Source of the DNA: Piromyces finnis finn
Taxonomy: Eukaryota; Fungi; Neocallimastigomycota
Length of the DNA stretch: 64,000 bases
Direction of reading: 5' to 3'
Assembly (NCBI GenBank): GCA_002104945.1
Contig: MCFH01000029.1
Span: 310,001-374,000 of the forward strand
The position numbers and the translations under genes are program-made. Under the pieces are notes generated by a model, which was not told the DNA's origin, did no database searches, and was given only the letters and a program-made list of their open reading frames with translations. This document shows, one piece after another, positions 62,938 through 64,000 of the stretch (position 1 is its first letter; every line of letters starts with the position of its first letter).

Positions 62938-64000
62938 ATGGCTGTTTATAATGATTTAATAATTGGCTTATATTTAGTTTTTGGAGGCTGTTGTTTTAAT
63001 GTTATTACATTAGAATCAATTTTAAAGTATTTATATTATATAATATATTCATTAAAGTAATAGAATTTAAAATTTAACAAAAAAATTATATATTTATTTT
63101 TTAATATTTCATTAAAATTTAAAATTTTAAAGGATTCAAAAAAGTTGTGGTAAGAATATTATGTTTTAGAAATATCATCATAATAATAAAAACGTAAAAT
63201 CATAATCGTATTTCAAAATTTTATTTAGATTAACATTAATAATATTTAATACTATTGATAAATTAATAAATATCACAGGACGATTAATTACTTTGATTCA
63301 ATTCATTTTTATTGCATGTGAAGGTCTTATTCATAATATTCGTTTTCATAATCCAATAAAAGAAAAAACTTTTCCAATATCTTTAAAACAAAGAAAAGCG
63401 CCTTTATATAAATGGTTTTTAATGGTTGCTCTTTTTTTCATTTCTTCAGTTCTCAATAATCTAGTTTTTGAATTTCATATTTCTATACCTATTCATATTA
63501 TGCAAGTAGAAATTATTGATACTATTTTACCCTTATAAAATATTATATTAATTATTATTATTTTTCAATTAAATAGTTTTCGCTCAAGCTCAATCATTAT
63601 GAATATGATAATGAGTTGGTTAATATTAAAAAAAAGGTATTTAATGTATAAAAAAAAAAAATTAAAACTATTATTTTTAAATAACTAAATAACTAACTAA
63701 ATAAACTATGAAAAAGGTATTCACTTCAACAAATATTGGCAATTTGTATAGTGACTGTTGGTTTAATTATAACAACATTAAGTTCTGCAAAAGATGTATG
63801 ATATTATACATATATATTTATAAATAAATAGCTAATATTCAATTTTTTTAATAAAATATTAAAATATTATTATATATATATATTGATAATATAATAGAAA
63901 GGAAAAGCTGAAACACAAGAAAAAGATTTTAAAAAATGGATAATGGTAATAACAAATAATAACAACAATACAATAACAATCAATAATTAATGATTTATAT
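62938..64000 (+). CDS. YEA4: UDP-GlcNAc/UDP-xylose nucleotide-sugar transporter (Yea4/SLC35B4), truncated by the window end
   Basis: LVFGGCCFNVITLE; GRLITLIQFIFIACEG; SVLNNLVFEFHISIPIHIIFRSSS; KRYSLQQI...VTVGLIITT. Confidence 0.9.

Overview
Extremely AT-rich, intron-rich eukaryotic DNA, most consistent with an anaerobic gut fungus (Neocallimastigomycota). The basis is inference from composition, fungal-type Aro7/Nst1/Trs120 and a flagellar microtubule-inner-protein-like gene. By manual splicing I can support 19 protein-coding genes: DcpS, FAM133-like, proteasome beta1, YJU2B/CCDC130, ALG12, TRS120, a ~3,100-aa repeat protein, RPS7, NST1, CACUL1-like, RED/IK, RPS29, RPL43, ARO7, CIMIP1-like, ELP1, a Cid1-type uridylyltransferase, a Myb/SANT-like protein and a partial YEA4/SLC35B4. 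There are also several long microsatellites. I saw no tRNA, rRNA, CRISPR or intact mobile element, and no evidence of a novel multi-gene system. The strongest oddities are in gene structure and single proteins. These are an apparent single-nucleotide exon (60617) needed to keep the Myb-like gene in frame, 5-nt and 6-nt microexons, a zinc-finger-degenerate RPS29, and a giant protein with 19 in-frame tandem repeats. Family assignments come from remembered motifs, not database searches.
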